From contig CAWBAT010000006.1 of assembly GCA_963786955.1 (NCBI GenBank), positions 352,001 through 416,000 of the forward strand: DNA of 64,000 nucleotides, read 5' to 3'. This document shows, in pieces, positions 43,570 to 54,588 of the stretch. The notes beneath the pieces are model-generated. The model was not told the DNA's origin. It worked only from the letters and a program-made list of their open reading frames with translations, and did no database searches. This DNA comes from an uncultured Acidimicrobiia bacterium. GTDB lineage: Bacteria; Acidobacteriota; Terriglobia; Versatilivoradales; Versatilivoraceae. The translations under genes and the position numbers were made by a program. The number at the start of each line of letters is the position of its first letter. The stretch's first letter is position 1.

Positions 43570-44880
43570 ATGCCTACGGTAACAATCGCCGAACTCTCGC
43601 GATTCGAAGGGCAGGAAGTCACGATCAAGGGATGGCTTTATAATATCCGCTCCAGCGGGAAAATCATATTCCCGATTATCCGCGATGGCTCGGGACTCGT
43701 GCAGACGATTATCCTCAAGAACGCGGTCTCTCCTGAAATCTTCGAAGCAGGCAGGTCTCTGACTCAGGAATCGTCCGTGGAAGTAACAGGAACGATTCGA
43801 AAGGTGCCGGAGGGAAAGACCGCCCCAGGAGGATACGAGTTGGATGTACGGGATCTAAAGATCCACCAGTTGGTGCCGGCACACCAACCCTTTCCGATCA
43901 CGCCTAAAGAGCATGGGGTTGAATTTTTAATGGATCACCGTCATTTGTGGATCCGCTCCTCCCACCAGCATGCCATTTTGAAAATCCGGCATGAAATCAT
44001 CAAGGCAGTTCGCAATTTTTTTGACGAGCGCGGTTTCACTTTGGTGGACACACCCATCTTTACCCCCGCTGCTTGCGAAGGCACCACAACCCTTTTTGAG
44101 GTGAGTTATTTTGAAGACAAAGCTTACCTGACTCAATCCGGGCAGCTCTACAACGAAGCAACTGTGGCGGCTTTTGGGAAAGTCTACTGCTTCGGCCCGA
44201 CGTTTCGGGCTGAGAAATCTAAAACAAGAAGACACCTGACGGAATTTTGGATGGTCGAGCCAGAAGTCGCCTTTGCTGGATTAGACGACATTATGGTCCT
44301 GGCGGAAGAATTCATCAGCGCCATCGTCAAATCGGTTTTGCTGACCCGCCGAAAAGAATTGGAAGTTTTGGGAAGGGATGTCACGAAATTGGAGAAAGTG
44401 GAGCCGCCATTCCCGCGCCTTCAATATGACGAAGCGATCAAGATCTTGCAGGAAAGCCAATCGGAGATTCAATGGGGGGGCGATTTAGGGGGCAGTGATG
44501 AAACGATTATTTCGGAAAAATTCGAGCGGCCCGTCATGGTTCATCGGTATCCCTCTCAAGTTAAGGCCTTTTATATGGAGCCGGACCCAGAACGACCCGA
44601 ATTGGCCTTATGCGTTGACGTCTTAGCACCGGAAGGGTACGGAGAAATCATCGGCGGAGGTCAACGCGTTTCGAGCCTTGACCTGCTGAATCACCGGATT
44701 GAAGAACACCGACTGCCACCCGAGGCCTTCGATTGGTACTTAGATCTTCGTAAGTTTGGAACATTTCCGCATGCGGGCTTTGGGATGGGAATTGAACGGG
44801 CTGTGGCGTGGATCTGCGGTCTGGAGCATGTTCGCGAGACAATTCCCTTCCCTCGTATGCTGTATCGGCTAAAACCATAA
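43570..44880 (+). CDS. asnS: Asparagine--tRNA ligase
   Basis: [61 protein letters not shown]; GGAGG RBS. Confidence 0.96.
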   Translation: MPTVTIAELSRFEGQEVTIKGWLYNIRSSGKIIFPIIRDGSGLVQTIILKNAVSPEIFEAGRSLTQESSVEVTGTIRKVPEGKTAPGGYELDVRDLKIHQLVPAHQPFPITPKEHGVEFLMDHRHLWIRSSHQHAILKIRHEIIKAVRNFFDERGFTLVDTPIFTPAACEGTTTLFEVSYFEDKAYLTQSGQLYNEATVAAFGKVYCFGPTFRAEKSKTRRHLTEFWMVEPEVAFAGLDDIMVLAEEFISAIVKSVLLTRRKELEVLGRDVTKLEKVEPPFPRLQYDEAIKILQESQSEIQWGGDLGGSDETIISEKFERPVMVHRYPSQVKAFYMEPDPERPELALCVDVLAPEGYGEIIGGGQRVSSLDLLNHRIEEHRLPPEAFDWYLDLRKFGTFPHAGFGMGIERAVAWICGLEHVRETIPFPRMLYRLKP

Positions 44881-44889
44881 GCTCGGTGA

Positions 44890-44995
44890 GGTAGAGACGG
44901 GCCTCCTGGCCTTTCGATCGGTCCAAGGCCAAGTTTGCCGCATTCGAGCACGATTCGACAGGCGTGGACGCCTGCCGCGACTACGACGGCCAGGA
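44890..44995. repeat. Degenerate REP pair between asnS and rocF
   Basis: gtagagacgggcctcctggcc and cgacaggcgtggacgcctgccg..ctac, the families seen in the 24.3-kb array. Confidence 0.65.
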
Positions 44996-45003
44996 TTCAC
45001 TCT

Positions 45004-45912
45004 ATGAAACCAATTACCATCATTGGAGCACCGCTCGATTTAGGCGCCGGACGACGCGGGGTCGATATGGGCCCCAGTGCCTTAAGAGTTGCCGATCTCA
45101 GCCAGGTTCTGAAGGAACTCGGATATGAGGTCCAGGACGTGGGGGACGTCCCGGTCAGCATCCGCGAGACGCTGAAATCAGAGGGCGGGACGAGCAAGTA
45201 CTTAAAAGAAATTACGGATACTTGCCTTCAGCTGGCCTCGATGGTGGAAAAAACGCTCAAGGACAGACGGCTTCCCATTATCTTGGGGGGCGACCACTCC
45301 ATTGCAATGGGAACCTTGGCAGGAGTGGCCAAATACTTTCATCCTCTCGGGGAATCAATAGGCTTGATATGGTTCGACGCCCATGCCGATTTCAACACTC
45401 CGGAATCCTCCCCTAGCGGGAATGTCCACGGAATGCCACTGGCGGCCTCGGTGGGTATTGGGCCGGAAGAATTGACGATGCTTGGGGGCATGTGCCCAAA
45501 GGTAAAACCTCAAAACGCGGTCCTTGTAGGAGTCAGAAACATCGACATAGAAGAAAAGAAATTATTGGCGTCTTCGGCAGTAAGAGTTTTTACGATGCGG
45601 GATATTGATGAGCGCGGAATGCGCAGCGTTACCGAGGAAGCGATTCGGATCGCCTCTCAGCAAACCACAGGATTTGCCGTCTCCTGGGACATGGATTTTT
45701 TGGATCCGGCTTTTGCCCCAGGTGTGGGGACACCCGTCAAAGGTGGGGTATCTTATCGTGAAGCTCATCTCGCGATGGAGATGATCGCGGATACCAACAA
45801 ACTCGTCTCACTGGAAGTGGTTGAGGTGAATCCTGTCTTAGATCACATGAACACAACGGCAATCCTAGGGGTCGAACTCATTCAATCTGCCTTAGGAAAG
45901 AAAATTCTTTAA
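45004..45912 (+). CDS. rocF: Arginase
   Basis: RRGVDMGPSA, GGDHS, DAHADFNTP, GNVHGMP, DMDFLDP, EVNP. Confidence 0.95.
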   Translation: MKPITIIGAPLDLGAGRRGVDMGPSALRVADLSQVLKELGYEVQDVGDVPVSIRETLKSEGGTSKYLKEITDTCLQLASMVEKTLKDRRLPIILGGDHSIAMGTLAGVAKYFHPLGESIGLIWFDAHADFNTPESSPSGNVHGMPLAASVGIGPEELTMLGGMCPKVKPQNAVLVGVRNIDIEEKKLLASSAVRVFTMRDIDERGMRSVTEEAIRIASQQTTGFAVSWDMDFLDPAFAPGVGTPVKGGVSYREAHLAMEMIADTNKLVSLEVVEVNPVLDHMNTTAILGVELIQSALGKKIL

Positions 45913-45925
45913 GGGGCTTTATCCG

Positions 45926-47029
45926 ATGGAAAAACTCGTTGTAGGTCTGCTCTTTGGTGGCAAATCCGGAGAGCACGAAGTTTCCTTGCGCTCTGCAGAA
46001 TCAATCCTTCGAGCACTTGACCGTAACCGATATACCGTGGTTCCTGTTGGAATTACTAAAGAAGGAGAATGGCGGGCAGGACCCACTTTTTCAGACGCTG
46101 ATTTCCCTGATAATCTTCGAAGCGGCAGCTCGGTGTTTCTCCCTACCAAGCCTTCGGATCGTTTCACGCTGCAAATTTCTTCCTCTGAGAAAAAACCGGG
46201 GAATCGATTGAGCCTTGATGTCGTATTCCCAGCTCTCCATGGAACTTATGGGGAAGATGGCACACTTCAAGGGTTGCTGGAAATGGCCAATATCCCTTAT
46301 GTCGGGGCGGGTGTTCTGGGTTCATCTGCGGGAATGGATAAGGATGTGACGAAGCGTTTGCTGCGAGACGCCGGGCTACCGATCGTTGAATTTGTGTCGG
46401 TCCTGGATTCCCAATGGCAGAGTCAGGCGGAAGACATTTGCACGTTGATTGATTCAAAGATCGGCTACACCTGTTTCGTGAAACCCGCAAATTTGGGGTC
46501 ATCGGTAGGGATCAGTAAGGTCAAACGTCGTGAGGAACTTTCGATTGCGATGGATTTAGCTGTCCAATATGATCGAAAGGTGATCATCGAGAGAGGAGTC
46601 AATGCCCGAGAAATCGAGTGTTCGGTCCTGGGAAACGACGATCCAGTCGCTTCCCTACCCGGAGAGATCATCCCATCGAATGAGTTCTACGATTACAGTG
46701 CCAAATATATTGATGAAGGCTCTCGGTTAGTGATTCCTGCTTCACTAGAACAATCGCAAATAAAGGCCATTCAAGAACTGGCTGTGAAAACTTTTCTGGC
46801 CACAGAATGCGCGGGGATGGCAAGAGTTGATTTTTTTGTGGACAAGCAAACCGGCAAGATTCAAGTAAATGAAATTAATACGATCCCCGGTTTCACTTCC
46901 ATCAGCATGTACCCGAAACTTTGGGAAGCGAGTGGGCTTGGATATTCAGAATTGCTCGACAAACTGATCGGTTTCGCGATCGAGCGCCATCAGGCGAAGC
47001 AATCCAAAAAGACTAGCTACGAACCATAA
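45926..47029 (+). CDS. ddl: D-alanine--D-alanine ligase
   Basis: FGGKSGEHEVS, LHGTYGEDG, KPANLGSSVG, FYDYSAKY, NEINTIPG. Confidence 0.97.
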   Translation: MEKLVVGLLFGGKSGEHEVSLRSAESILRALDRNRYTVVPVGITKEGEWRAGPTFSDADFPDNLRSGSSVFLPTKPSDRFTLQISSSEKKPGNRLSLDVVFPALHGTYGEDGTLQGLLEMANIPYVGAGVLGSSAGMDKDVTKRLLRDAGLPIVEFVSVLDSQWQSQAEDICTLIDSKIGYTCFVKPANLGSSVGISKVKRREELSIAMDLAVQYDRKVIIERGVNAREIECSVLGNDDPVASLPGEIIPSNEFYDYSAKYIDEGSRLVIPASLEQSQIKAIQELAVKTFLATECAGMARVDFFVDKQTGKIQVNEINTIPGFTSISMYPKLWEASGLGYSELLDKLIGFAIERHQAKQSKKTSYEP

Positions 47030-47039
47030 TCTATCAGCC

Positions 47040-47320
47040 ATGGAGACCCGGCCTACAACGCTCCGGGCCGCATGAAATCACGGGGGTTGCGGCAGTGGTA
47101 GCCACGGTCAGAGTTTTCTCCTGACCGTGGGCTTTTGGCGGATGGTTACGATGACCTTCATTGGTATCTCAAAGAGTCGGCAGCGCAGAGTCGATTTTTG
47201 ACTTTGCGGCTTTTTGAAACGCGTGAAAAGAAACGCCGCGGACCCGGAAATCGGGTCCACGCTACAGTCGCGCAAAGCCGCGGAGCGGCGATCTGTGTAT
47301 AGAATATGATGCTTGCTAAG
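47040..47320. repeat. Cluster of REP-like palindromes
   Basis: gacccggcctacaac, gtagccacggtcag..ctgaccgtgg, gcggacccg..cgggtccacgctac. Confidence 0.7.
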
Positions 47321-47363
47321 GATCAGAGCTCCGTCAAGTGCGACCTGGGAGATCCCAACGCCT

Positions 47364-47612
47364 CGGGTGGCGAAGACATCGTTTTGCGATGTCTTCGATT
47401 CTATTGGGAAAGCAGCACTTTCGATTAGGCATGCAAAGGAAGAGCAAGAAGAAATTAATCTAAGACCGTTCTTCCGCTTAAAGAAGATTCCAAGACTTAC
47501 CGCAAAGATTCAATCATCTAACTAAGTTCGGCACTGTTCTCTATTCTCTCATTTCTCTTTCATTTCCTATCTGCTTCGAAGACATGCAAAGGGCGCATGT
47601 CTTCGCCACCCG
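47364..47612. mobile_element. About 250-bp non-coding element with 16-bp perfect terminal inverted repeats (MITE/REPIN-like)
   Basis: cgggtggcgaagacat (47364-47379) and atgtcttcgccacccg (47597-47612); each end also forms its own gaagacat..atgtcttc hairpin. Confidence 0.65.
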
Positions 47613-47625
47613 CGGGATTACTCAT

Positions 47626-48966
47626 TCAACCCAGGATTTGTTCGGTGGCGCATTTCCCCTGCAATATCGCATCTTCCATACCGGAGTACTCCCACGAACC
47701 GTATCGCCCAATGGTGATAATGCCTCTCTCTCTGGCGTAGGCGCGAATTAATTCCACTGACTTGCGGTACTCATGGTCGAAGAGAACGTAGGCGAAAGGA
47801 ATATCAAGTGAGAGTTCAGCCAGGATCTGATCATCGTTCCGAAGGATCCCACAGCTTTGTAGGTCTAGTTTGACGCGTTCAATGATTGAAGCCTTATCCA
47901 GAGGCTTCCATTGGGAATAGGCGACCTCGACGTAGATTGCCCCTTTCCCCTCAGGCGCTTGATGGGGAGAAAAATTGTGCGAAAAACCCACCCGGTAGAA
48001 GCAAAATTTCGGCTCCGGGAAATAGACCCAATGCTTGTCGCCCGGATTCCGATCAATTCCGAAATTCAAGTTAAGGACAGAGACGGCGCGCAGTCGCGAA
48101 CAGGCACGGACCACGGAATCCGGAGGGTTCTGAATCGAGCGGATCAGGCTGGGTAAAGGGATTGACGTAATGAGGTGGTCGTAACGAATGCTTTCCCCGT
48201 TCTTGAATCTCAAGACCCGTTTCAGAGGATCCAGTTCAGTCAGCTCATGACCCACATGGAGGTTTTGAAGCCCTGCTGAAAAAGCCCGTGGTAAAGACTC
48301 GATGCCTCCTCGCAGCGGGTAGCCAAACTGAGCATTGTACCCGATACCATCCGACTGATCTCGTAAGGCCCCATCCAGAATCTGTTCCAGCGATGTTGTG
48401 GGAACAAATCTTCCCATCCATTCACAGGTCAATTGATCGAGTGGAACGGTCCATAGTTTCTCGTTGTAGGGAGTCATGAAATGCTGTGAGATCCCTTCCC
48501 CTAAGGTTTGCCTGGCCCAATCTGCGAAATTTTTGTAGCTATCAACCGCCAGCCGGGGCGCCACGGACTGTTCGATTCGATTGGCTGGAGCTTTGACAAA
48601 CCCCGCGACACACTCTTTGATCACCTCGGCAGGAAGACCGTAAAGGTTCGTTTGAAAAGGGTAACGCGTGTAACGTTCTTTCGAGAAAATCCAAGAATTC
48701 CTCTTCAAATAATGAAGGTTATCATTCAGTAGTGTAGACACGAGTTGCTTTACTTCTTCATTTCTGAAGTGGAGAAGATGACCCGTAAAGTCAAAAGTGA
48801 ATCCATTGATTTTCTCCGAGCGAGTCAGCCCCCCGACCCTATTTTCCTTTTCAAAGAGGTGACAGTTCGAGACGCCTGCCTGGCGCATATGGTACATGGC
48901 GCTTAAACCAGCCAATCCTCCGCCCAATACGACGACAGTCCCTTCGCTGGATTTTCTTTTTTCCAT
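47626..48966 (-). CDS. FAD-dependent oxidoreductase (HemY / UDP-galactopyranose mutase-like)
   Basis: LGGGLAG, VGGLTRS..GFTFDFTGH, PYNEKLW, GRYGSWEY. Confidence 0.85.
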   Translation of the reverse strand: MEKRKSSEGTVVVLGGGLAGLSAMYHMRQAGVSNCHLFEKENRVGGLTRSEKINGFTFDFTGHLLHFRNEEVKQLVSTLLNDNLHYLKRNSWIFSKERYTRYPFQTNLYGLPAEVIKECVAGFVKAPANRIEQSVAPRLAVDSYKNFADWARQTLGEGISQHFMTPYNEKLWTVPLDQLTCEWMGRFVPTTSLEQILDGALRDQSDGIGYNAQFGYPLRGGIESLPRAFSAGLQNLHVGHELTELDPLKRVLRFKNGESIRYDHLITSIPLPSLIRSIQNPPDSVVRACSRLRAVSVLNLNFGIDRNPGDKHWVYFPEPKFCFYRVGFSHNFSPHQAPEGKGAIYVEVAYSQWKPLDKASIIERVKLDLQSCGILRNDDQILAELSLDIPFAYVLFDHEYRKSVELIRAYARERGIITIGRYGSWEYSGMEDAILQGKCATEQILG

Positions 48967-49060
48967 GATGCGTTTGAGTTTCGGATTTCTTGGATTCTTA
49001 CGCCGGCTTCAACGGAGGAGGAGCACTGAATGTTTTCAGCGAGTGCCGGCTCAATTCCGT

Positions 49061-49088
49061 TTGGAAACAAGCTGATTCTCGCTATAAT
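49061..49088 (+). promoter_or_regulatory. Candidate sigma70 promoter
   Basis: TTGGAA-16 nt-TATAAT, 50 nt before ATG 49139. Confidence 0.4.
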
Positions 49089-49138
49089 CTCCGCGCTTCA
49101 GCAGGCTTATCGGCACGCTTTGTTCTTCAGATTATTCG

Positions 49139-50131
49139 ATGGATAACTTGACTCACACACTCTATGGATTTGCTTTGGCAAAAGCCGGATTGGATCGAAC
49201 CTCGCGGCATGCCACGTCCGCTATACTTATCGGGGCTAATCTTCCCGACATCGATTTGGCTACCATTATGGGGGGACAGATCAATTACTTGCGCTATCAC
49301 CGTGGAGTGACCCATTCACTTTTTGGAATCGCGATTGAATCTGTCCTTCTGAGCCTTTTCTTCATGAGTTTTGAAAGGCCGGAAACTCCCTGGAAACGGC
49401 TGTTGTTGTTTTTCTGGCTCTTTCTCGCCAGCCTATTCGGCACGGGTAGCCACCTTTTCCTCGACTATACCAACAGCTACGGAATTCGTCCTTTTTTGCC
49501 TTTCCAATCAGAATGGTATTCCTTGGACACAGTCTTTATTATCGATCCCTGGATTCTGTTTTTCTTCCTGATCGGGTTGGGGATGACATATCTCTTCAGA
49601 TTAATTAATCAGGAAATTGGAGCTCGGCCCACCAGTTTGCGAAGTGGGGCGATATTATCATTGATCCTGATTTCAGGATATTGGGTTACCAAAGAGGTTT
49701 CGCATCATTCGGCACTTAGGGAACTGGAAAGCCAACCTTATGCCGACGGAGAGCCCCTTAGCATTGGCGCCTTTCCTCAATTCATGAACCCTTTTGCATG
49801 GCATGGTGTTGTCGAGACGCCTCGAGCTTTCCATTTGCGCTTCGCCGGATGGAATCCGTTTCAGTCCCTTCATCCAGAAGAAAGGATTCGGTCATTCTAT
49901 AAGCCTGAGCAAAAAGAGATTCTTCAGGCCGTAAGTCAGGGGGATGAGGCCAAAACATTCCTTAACTTCGCGAGATACCCTTTCTTCCAAATATTGCCAA
50001 TTCCAACTGGGTTTGAAGTAGAGGCCAGAGACCTCCGCTTTGAATTTGCCACTCGAATTCGAAAAGGCTTTCGATACCGGGCTGAACTCGACAGCCGTTT
50101 GAATATCCTTTCGGAAAACTTCCGATTTTGA
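49139..50131 (+). CDS. Membrane metal-dependent hydrolase (YdjM-like)
   Basis: MDNLTH, ANLPDID, HRGVTHS, SHLFLDYTNSYG, IIDP. Confidence 0.9.
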   Translation: MDNLTHTLYGFALAKAGLDRTSRHATSAILIGANLPDIDLATIMGGQINYLRYHRGVTHSLFGIAIESVLLSLFFMSFERPETPWKRLLLFFWLFLASLFGTGSHLFLDYTNSYGIRPFLPFQSEWYSLDTVFIIDPWILFFFLIGLGMTYLFRLINQEIGARPTSLRSGAILSLILISGYWVTKEVSHHSALRELESQPYADGEPLSIGAFPQFMNPFAWHGVVETPRAFHLRFAGWNPFQSLHPEERIRSFYKPEQKEILQAVSQGDEAKTFLNFARYPFFQILPIPTGFEVEARDLRFEFATRIRKGFRYRAELDSRLNILSENFRF

Positions 50132-50138
50132 GAAACCC

Positions 50139-50759
50139 GTGAAAACACTCATCAAAAAAGCTCAAGGTTTCTTTCTTGCTCTCACAGGCCCTTTGGGGGG
50201 ATGGGCTTTATTGATCATTGCCTTCCTAGACTCCTCGTTTCTCTCTTTTCCAGAAGTCAATGATATCCTCATTGTCACTCTATCTATTGAGAAGCCGGAA
50301 CGGATGCTGTACTACGCCACCATGACGACACTCGGCTCGATTGCAGGATGTCTCATGCTTTTTTGGACCGGTCGAAAAGGTGGAGAGGTCCTATTGCGCA
50401 AGAGATTCGCTGAACATCAAATTGCGGCTGTCCAACGTTGGTACCGCAAATATGGCATCTTCGCTGTCATGATTCCATCCATCCTCCCCCCCCCAACTCC
50501 TTTTAAGATTTTCGTCTTATTTGCGGGAGCTTTTAAAGTCAGAACCGGAGTATTCATTGTGGCCATTGCACTTGGCCGTGGGTTCCGCTACTTCTTGGAA
50601 GGCAGCCTGGCTGTTCGCTACGGGAAGGAAGCCATCCACACCATGGAACGAAACTACCCGCAAATCGCAGGGGGCGTCGTAGGGGTTTTGCTTCTGGCGG
50701 GGTTGGCACTTTACCTCTGGCGCCGCAAGCACGGTGCTAACCGAATGAGCGAGAATTGA
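50139..50759 (+). CDS. YqaA/DedA (VTT domain) membrane protein
   Basis: AFLDSSFL..PEVND, TLGSIAG, LPPPTPFKIFV, GRGFRY. Confidence 0.88.
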   Translation: MKTLIKKAQGFFLALTGPLGGWALLIIAFLDSSFLSFPEVNDILIVTLSIEKPERMLYYATMTTLGSIAGCLMLFWTGRKGGEVLLRKRFAEHQIAAVQRWYRKYGIFAVMIPSILPPPTPFKIFVLFAGAFKVRTGVFIVAIALGRGFRYFLEGSLAVRYGKEAIHTMERNYPQIAGGVVGVLLLAGLALYLWRRKHGANRMSEN

Positions 50760-50943
50760 ACTTAGAGATTGACGGGCTCTGGCCAGTTTGCTACGTTTAC
50801 TCCTTTTGAGGCTATGCCTAGAGTCTGTTTCCCATTGATTAATCTAAAGTTAGGTCTAAAAAAACCGCACGAAGTCAAGTTACACTTTGGGTCATCCTCG
50901 ATTCATTCCTCTTCACACCCAGCCCCTCCCCAAGGAAGAGAAT

Positions 50944-51055
50944 GTGTGAAAGAATTCCGCCGAGTCGAGGGACCCGGCCTACAACATGGTGGCAGGCCCT
51001 TTGAAATCATTGTAGGCCGCATTCCCTCACGCGGCGATTTCCAATTTTTCCACAC
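50944..51055. repeat. REP doublet inside 13-bp imperfect inverted repeats
   Basis: gtgtgaaagaatt ... aatttttccacac; inner gacccggcctacaa and ttgtaggccgcattccctcacgcggcg. Confidence 0.7.
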
Positions 51056-51084
51056 CTTCGGAGCGGCTCGTAGTGAGGGGAGAG

Positions 51085-51974
51085 TTGTCACAAAACTAAC
51101 TGCATTTGCCCTAGTTCTCATCTACACTCTTACTATTCTTCTAGGTGGCTGTAGCTGGTTCCGGGTGAAGGTTGTCCGCCCGGTTCCTGCCAATGAGAAG
51201 CCGCTTCCTGCTAAGACTGCCAGCTTGACCGAGTTGATTGAGCGGATTAACGCCGTCGCTGATAGCACCAACTCTCTAAAGCTTAATGTCATTTATCAAC
51301 TCTCCGGCTCACTCACTACCGGTGAGATAGCGGATTACCGGGAAACAGAAGGATTCATCCTTTTGAAGAAACCGGGCTTTATCCGGTTGATTGGTCTGGC
51401 CTTCAAGGTGAAAGTTTTCGACATGGTCTCAGACGGGAAGGATTTCCATATCTATATTCCACCCAAGAATAAATATATTTATGGATTCAATGACCAAAAG
51501 ATCAAGCCGCGCAAAGAAATTCCAGTAAACTTAAGGCCTCAGCATGTTTTCAGTGCGCTGATGATTGCCCCATTACAGCCTAACCGAGATCAGGAACGTA
51601 TTAGTCTGGAAGAGGATGAGGAGGGGAAAAGGAAATATTATATTGTGAGCCTCTCAAGAGAAATTGGGAGTGGGTTGATCGCCTTTGAGCGAAAACTTTG
51701 GATTGACCGATTTGATCTCCGAATCGTGCGACAAAAGTACTATGATCTGGAAGGAAAAGTTCGAACGGATGTGATCTTTAACAACTTTCAAAATTATCAA
51801 GGAAAAGACTACCCTTCAATCATTGATTTCCGTCGCCCACAGGATCAATACTCTTTGCGAATCCGTGTGAACAAAGCTTCCATCAACCCCAATCTCACTG
51901 ACGACCAATTCACGCTCGAACAACCCGCAGGGAGTGAACTGGTGGATCTCACCAAAGAAACCGCTCCAAATTAA
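51085..51974 (+). CDS. LolA/LolB-fold lipoprotein (DUF4292-like); start uncertain
   Basis: Lipobox-like LLGGC; RKLWIDRFDLRIVRQ, YPSIIDF, INPNLTDDQFTL; TTG after GAGGGG at 51085 is one base out of frame. Confidence 0.7.
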
Positions 51975-51989
51975 GATGAGAAGACGCGA

Positions 51990-53093
51990 TTGAGGAACTC
52001 TCTCCTATTCTCCAGCATCTTGAACCGTCCGTTACGCACGTCAGCGACGGTTATCGCTATTGCCATGGAAGTCGTCTTGATCATTCTGGTGGTCGGGATG
52101 ACCCGCGGAATGATCAAAGACAGTGCCAAGCGGATCGAAGGCATCGGCGCAGACATTGTTTTTCAGCCTCCTGGATCCTCTTACATTCTGGCATCCAGTA
52201 CGGCGGCCATGCTGGAAAAGATCGCCGGGGTCATTCAAGAGACGGAAGGAGTTGATGCCGTTGCACCCGTGATGGTCCAGTTCAATACCCAAGGAGGAAT
52301 TGGATTGATCTACGGGATCGACGTCGCGAGCTTTGACCGAGTGACCAATGGCTTTTCGTTTATCCAGGGAAGAGCCTTTCGCGCTCCCGATGAAGTCATC
52401 ATTGACGATATTCAGGCCAAATCAAAAAGACTCCAGGTCGGCGACCGAGTCGATTTTCTGAATCATTCCTTTCGAGTTAGCGGAATTTTTGAGCACGGAA
52501 AAGGTTCCCGCATATTCTTGCCTCTCCGGACAATGCAAGAACTGACGGGGACTCCGGGGAAAGTGACTTTGATCTTTATCAAGTGCAAAGATAGAGAAGA
52601 GATCCCCGCGGTATCTTCAAGGCTAAGAGAACGTTTCAAAGGTTATACCGTTTCCCCTCTCTCCGAATTTGTTTCCCAGGTGTACAATGCAACGAATAAT
52701 GTTGCCGCGCTGAAATATTTTTTAAACGTCGTTATTTTTGTTTGTACGAGCGTTGGGTTTTTTGCGATTTTCCTGGCAATGTACACGGCCGTCACCGAAA
52801 GAAAGCGCGAAATCGGTATCTTGAAATCCCTGGGAGCTTCCAGACCTTACGTCCTTGCCGTTTTTCTTAAAGAAGCTTTTGTCTTATGTACCGTGGGATT
52901 GGCTTTAGGGATAGCCCTATCGTATTGGGGTAAAGCCCTGTTGCTCAGAGTGCTTCCATCATTTCAGGTTGAAATTGGGTTGGATTGGATTGTGAAGGCG
53001 GCTCTCATTGCCTTCTTGAGTGCCGGATTAGGAGCATTCTACCCTGCCCTGCGAGCCTCTAGCCAAGACCCGATCGATGCACTCGCTGAATGA
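51990..53093 (+). CDS. ABC transporter permease (MacB/FtsX/LolC type)
   Basis: N-terminal TM, periplasmic domain, VTERKREIGILKSLGAS, YPALRAS..DPIDAL. Confidence 0.92.
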   Translation: MRNSLLFSSILNRPLRTSATVIAIAMEVVLIILVVGMTRGMIKDSAKRIEGIGADIVFQPPGSSYILASSTAAMLEKIAGVIQETEGVDAVAPVMVQFNTQGGIGLIYGIDVASFDRVTNGFSFIQGRAFRAPDEVIIDDIQAKSKRLQVGDRVDFLNHSFRVSGIFEHGKGSRIFLPLRTMQELTGTPGKVTLIFIKCKDREEIPAVSSRLRERFKGYTVSPLSEFVSQVYNATNNVAALKYFLNVVIFVCTSVGFFAIFLAMYTAVTERKREIGILKSLGASRPYVLAVFLKEAFVLCTVGLALGIALSYWGKALLLRVLPSFQVEIGLDWIVKAALIAFLSAGLGAFYPALRASSQDPIDALAE

Positions 53094-53112
53094 GAGCTTT
53101 GGCCTTGCGGTT

Positions 53113-53275
53113 ATGCGTTAGTTATCGGGGGAATTTCTGGTAGGGCGCGCTCGCCGAGCGCGCCGCGGACGGCCCGGCGGTCCGTCCCTACCCACTCAGC
53201 CGCTACAGAAGCGACAACCTCATATCGTCACCGAAGGCATTGCCCTTACAGATTCCCCCCCCGTAACTAACGCAT
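53113..53275. repeat. REP doublet inside about 22-bp imperfect inverted repeats
   Basis: atgcgttagttatcgggggaat vs attccccccccgtaactaacgcat; inner gtagggcgcgctcgccgagcgcgcc and ggacggcccggcggtccgtccctac. Confidence 0.8.
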
Positions 53276-53297
53276 TACGCCTTGTGTTGATTTAGCG

Positions 53298-53327
53298 TTT
53301 ACGGTTGCAACCTCATTGGGCTATAAT
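53298..53327 (+). promoter_or_regulatory. Candidate internal sigma70 promoter
   Basis: TTTACG-18 nt-TATAAT, 40 nt upstream of ATG 53368. Confidence 0.4.
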
Positions 53328-53367
53328 TTCAGGTTGGACTTGAAGGGTTTATTTTGTTGGCTGGGTT

Positions 53368-54087
53368 ATGAAAACAATTCTCGAAGCCATTGATGTCAAG
53401 AAGATTTATAAAGTAGGTCGCGTCGAAGTGCCCGCCTTGCGCGGGGTCAGCCTGAAAATGAGAGAAGGGGAATTTATCTCGATCATGGGCCCCTCTGGGT
53501 GTGGTAAATCCACGTTATTGCATATCCTCGGGGGACTGACTCACCCTTCAGAGGGAAAAGTGATCGTGGATGGAGAAGAGATCTCGTCCGCAAAAGATGC
53601 GGCCAGAACCGACATTCGCCGCCGAAAAATCGGTTTTGTATTTCAACGGTATAATTTATTGCCGACACTGAGCGCCCAGGGAAATCTGGATATCGCCCGT
53701 GAGATCTTCAAGAATGGGAGGGCACACGACGAGCACACGAAGGAAATCTTAGAGTTGCTCGGGTTGGACCACAAAACCAAGCATAAGCCATCCGAGATGT
53801 CCGGGGGGGAACAGCAAAGAGTAGCCATTGCGCGCGCCGTCATCAACCGACCGGCAATTCTTCTCGCGGACGAACCCACGGGGAATCTGGATAGTGAGAA
53901 TTCTCAAGCTGTGTTAAGCCTGCTCCAGGAACTGAATCGAACACTGAACCAATCTATCATCATGATTACGCATAATCCGGAGGCGGCTGCGGTCGCAAAC
54001 CGGTTGGTTCAGATGCGTGACGGGAGAATCATTTCTTATGAACACGACCTGAGTTGGAATGCGAAGGAGGACAAGATTTACATCTGA
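53368..54087 (+). CDS. ABC transporter ATP-binding protein (LolD/MacB type)
   Basis: [41 protein letters not shown]. Confidence 0.95.
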   Translation: MKTILEAIDVKKIYKVGRVEVPALRGVSLKMREGEFISIMGPSGCGKSTLLHILGGLTHPSEGKVIVDGEEISSAKDAARTDIRRRKIGFVFQRYNLLPTLSAQGNLDIAREIFKNGRAHDEHTKEILELLGLDHKTKHKPSEMSGGEQQRVAIARAVINRPAILLADEPTGNLDSENSQAVLSLLQELNRTLNQSIIMITHNPEAAAVANRLVQMRDGRIISYEHDLSWNAKEDKIYI

Positions 54088-54089
54088 CC

Positions 54090-54497
54090 ATGAAGAAGAA
54101 CTGGTTTTCAGAACTAGGAAAGCTTATTTTTTGGCCCTATGGTCGGGGGACTTTGCAATACGACGTCCTCTGCGGTCTGATCCTGGCTTTCATCTTCTTC
54201 ACGCCTCGCAGTTGCTTCCACGACTGGCCGGTCTTTAATAGCCCTACTCAATTTACTTTCGGCAATCCGATCGTCGATACATACGATCAGAATGGGAAAC
54301 CGGTATTGAATGTCAGCACTCAGCTCTTTCCACAAAGCATGGACTCTACAGCGGTGAGGACTGCTGCCCGCACCCTTCTACAAAAGTCCCTCAATCGGTC
54401 CATATCCATTGCAGATATCAAGCCAATCCTGAATGAGAATGGAGAAACGGTGGGCTACTCGATTTGGCTTGGACAGGAAAATTCAGCTGCCTTTTAG
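54090..54497 (+). CDS. Hypothetical membrane protein
   Basis: FWPYGRGTLQYDVLCGLILAFIFFTP N-terminus; starts 2 nt after the ATPase stop. Confidence 0.7.
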   Translation: MKKNWFSELGKLIFWPYGRGTLQYDVLCGLILAFIFFTPRSCFHDWPVFNSPTQFTFGNPIVDTYDQNGKPVLNVSTQLFPQSMDSTAVRTAARTLLQKSLNRSISIADIKPILNENGETVGYSIWLGQENSAAF

Positions 54498-54588
54498 TGT
54501 TTTTCACTTCTCACGGCCCGAGGTGATTCAATTGTGGAGCAAGACTTCCCATTGGAAGTGGAAAATATGGACGGACGTCTCTGAAACG

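Noticed and set aside
43100-43570. T-box leader or N-terminal extension for asnS; ORF 43128..43373
   Set aside because: No T-box consensus seen; a good RBS precedes ATG 43570; the small ORF has no recognisable features
50769-51084. 100-aa N-terminal extension of the LolA-fold lipoprotein (similarly 44935-45003 and 63447-63617)
   Set aside because: The extensions cross repeat or intergenic DNA; the signal peptide or family start lies downstream
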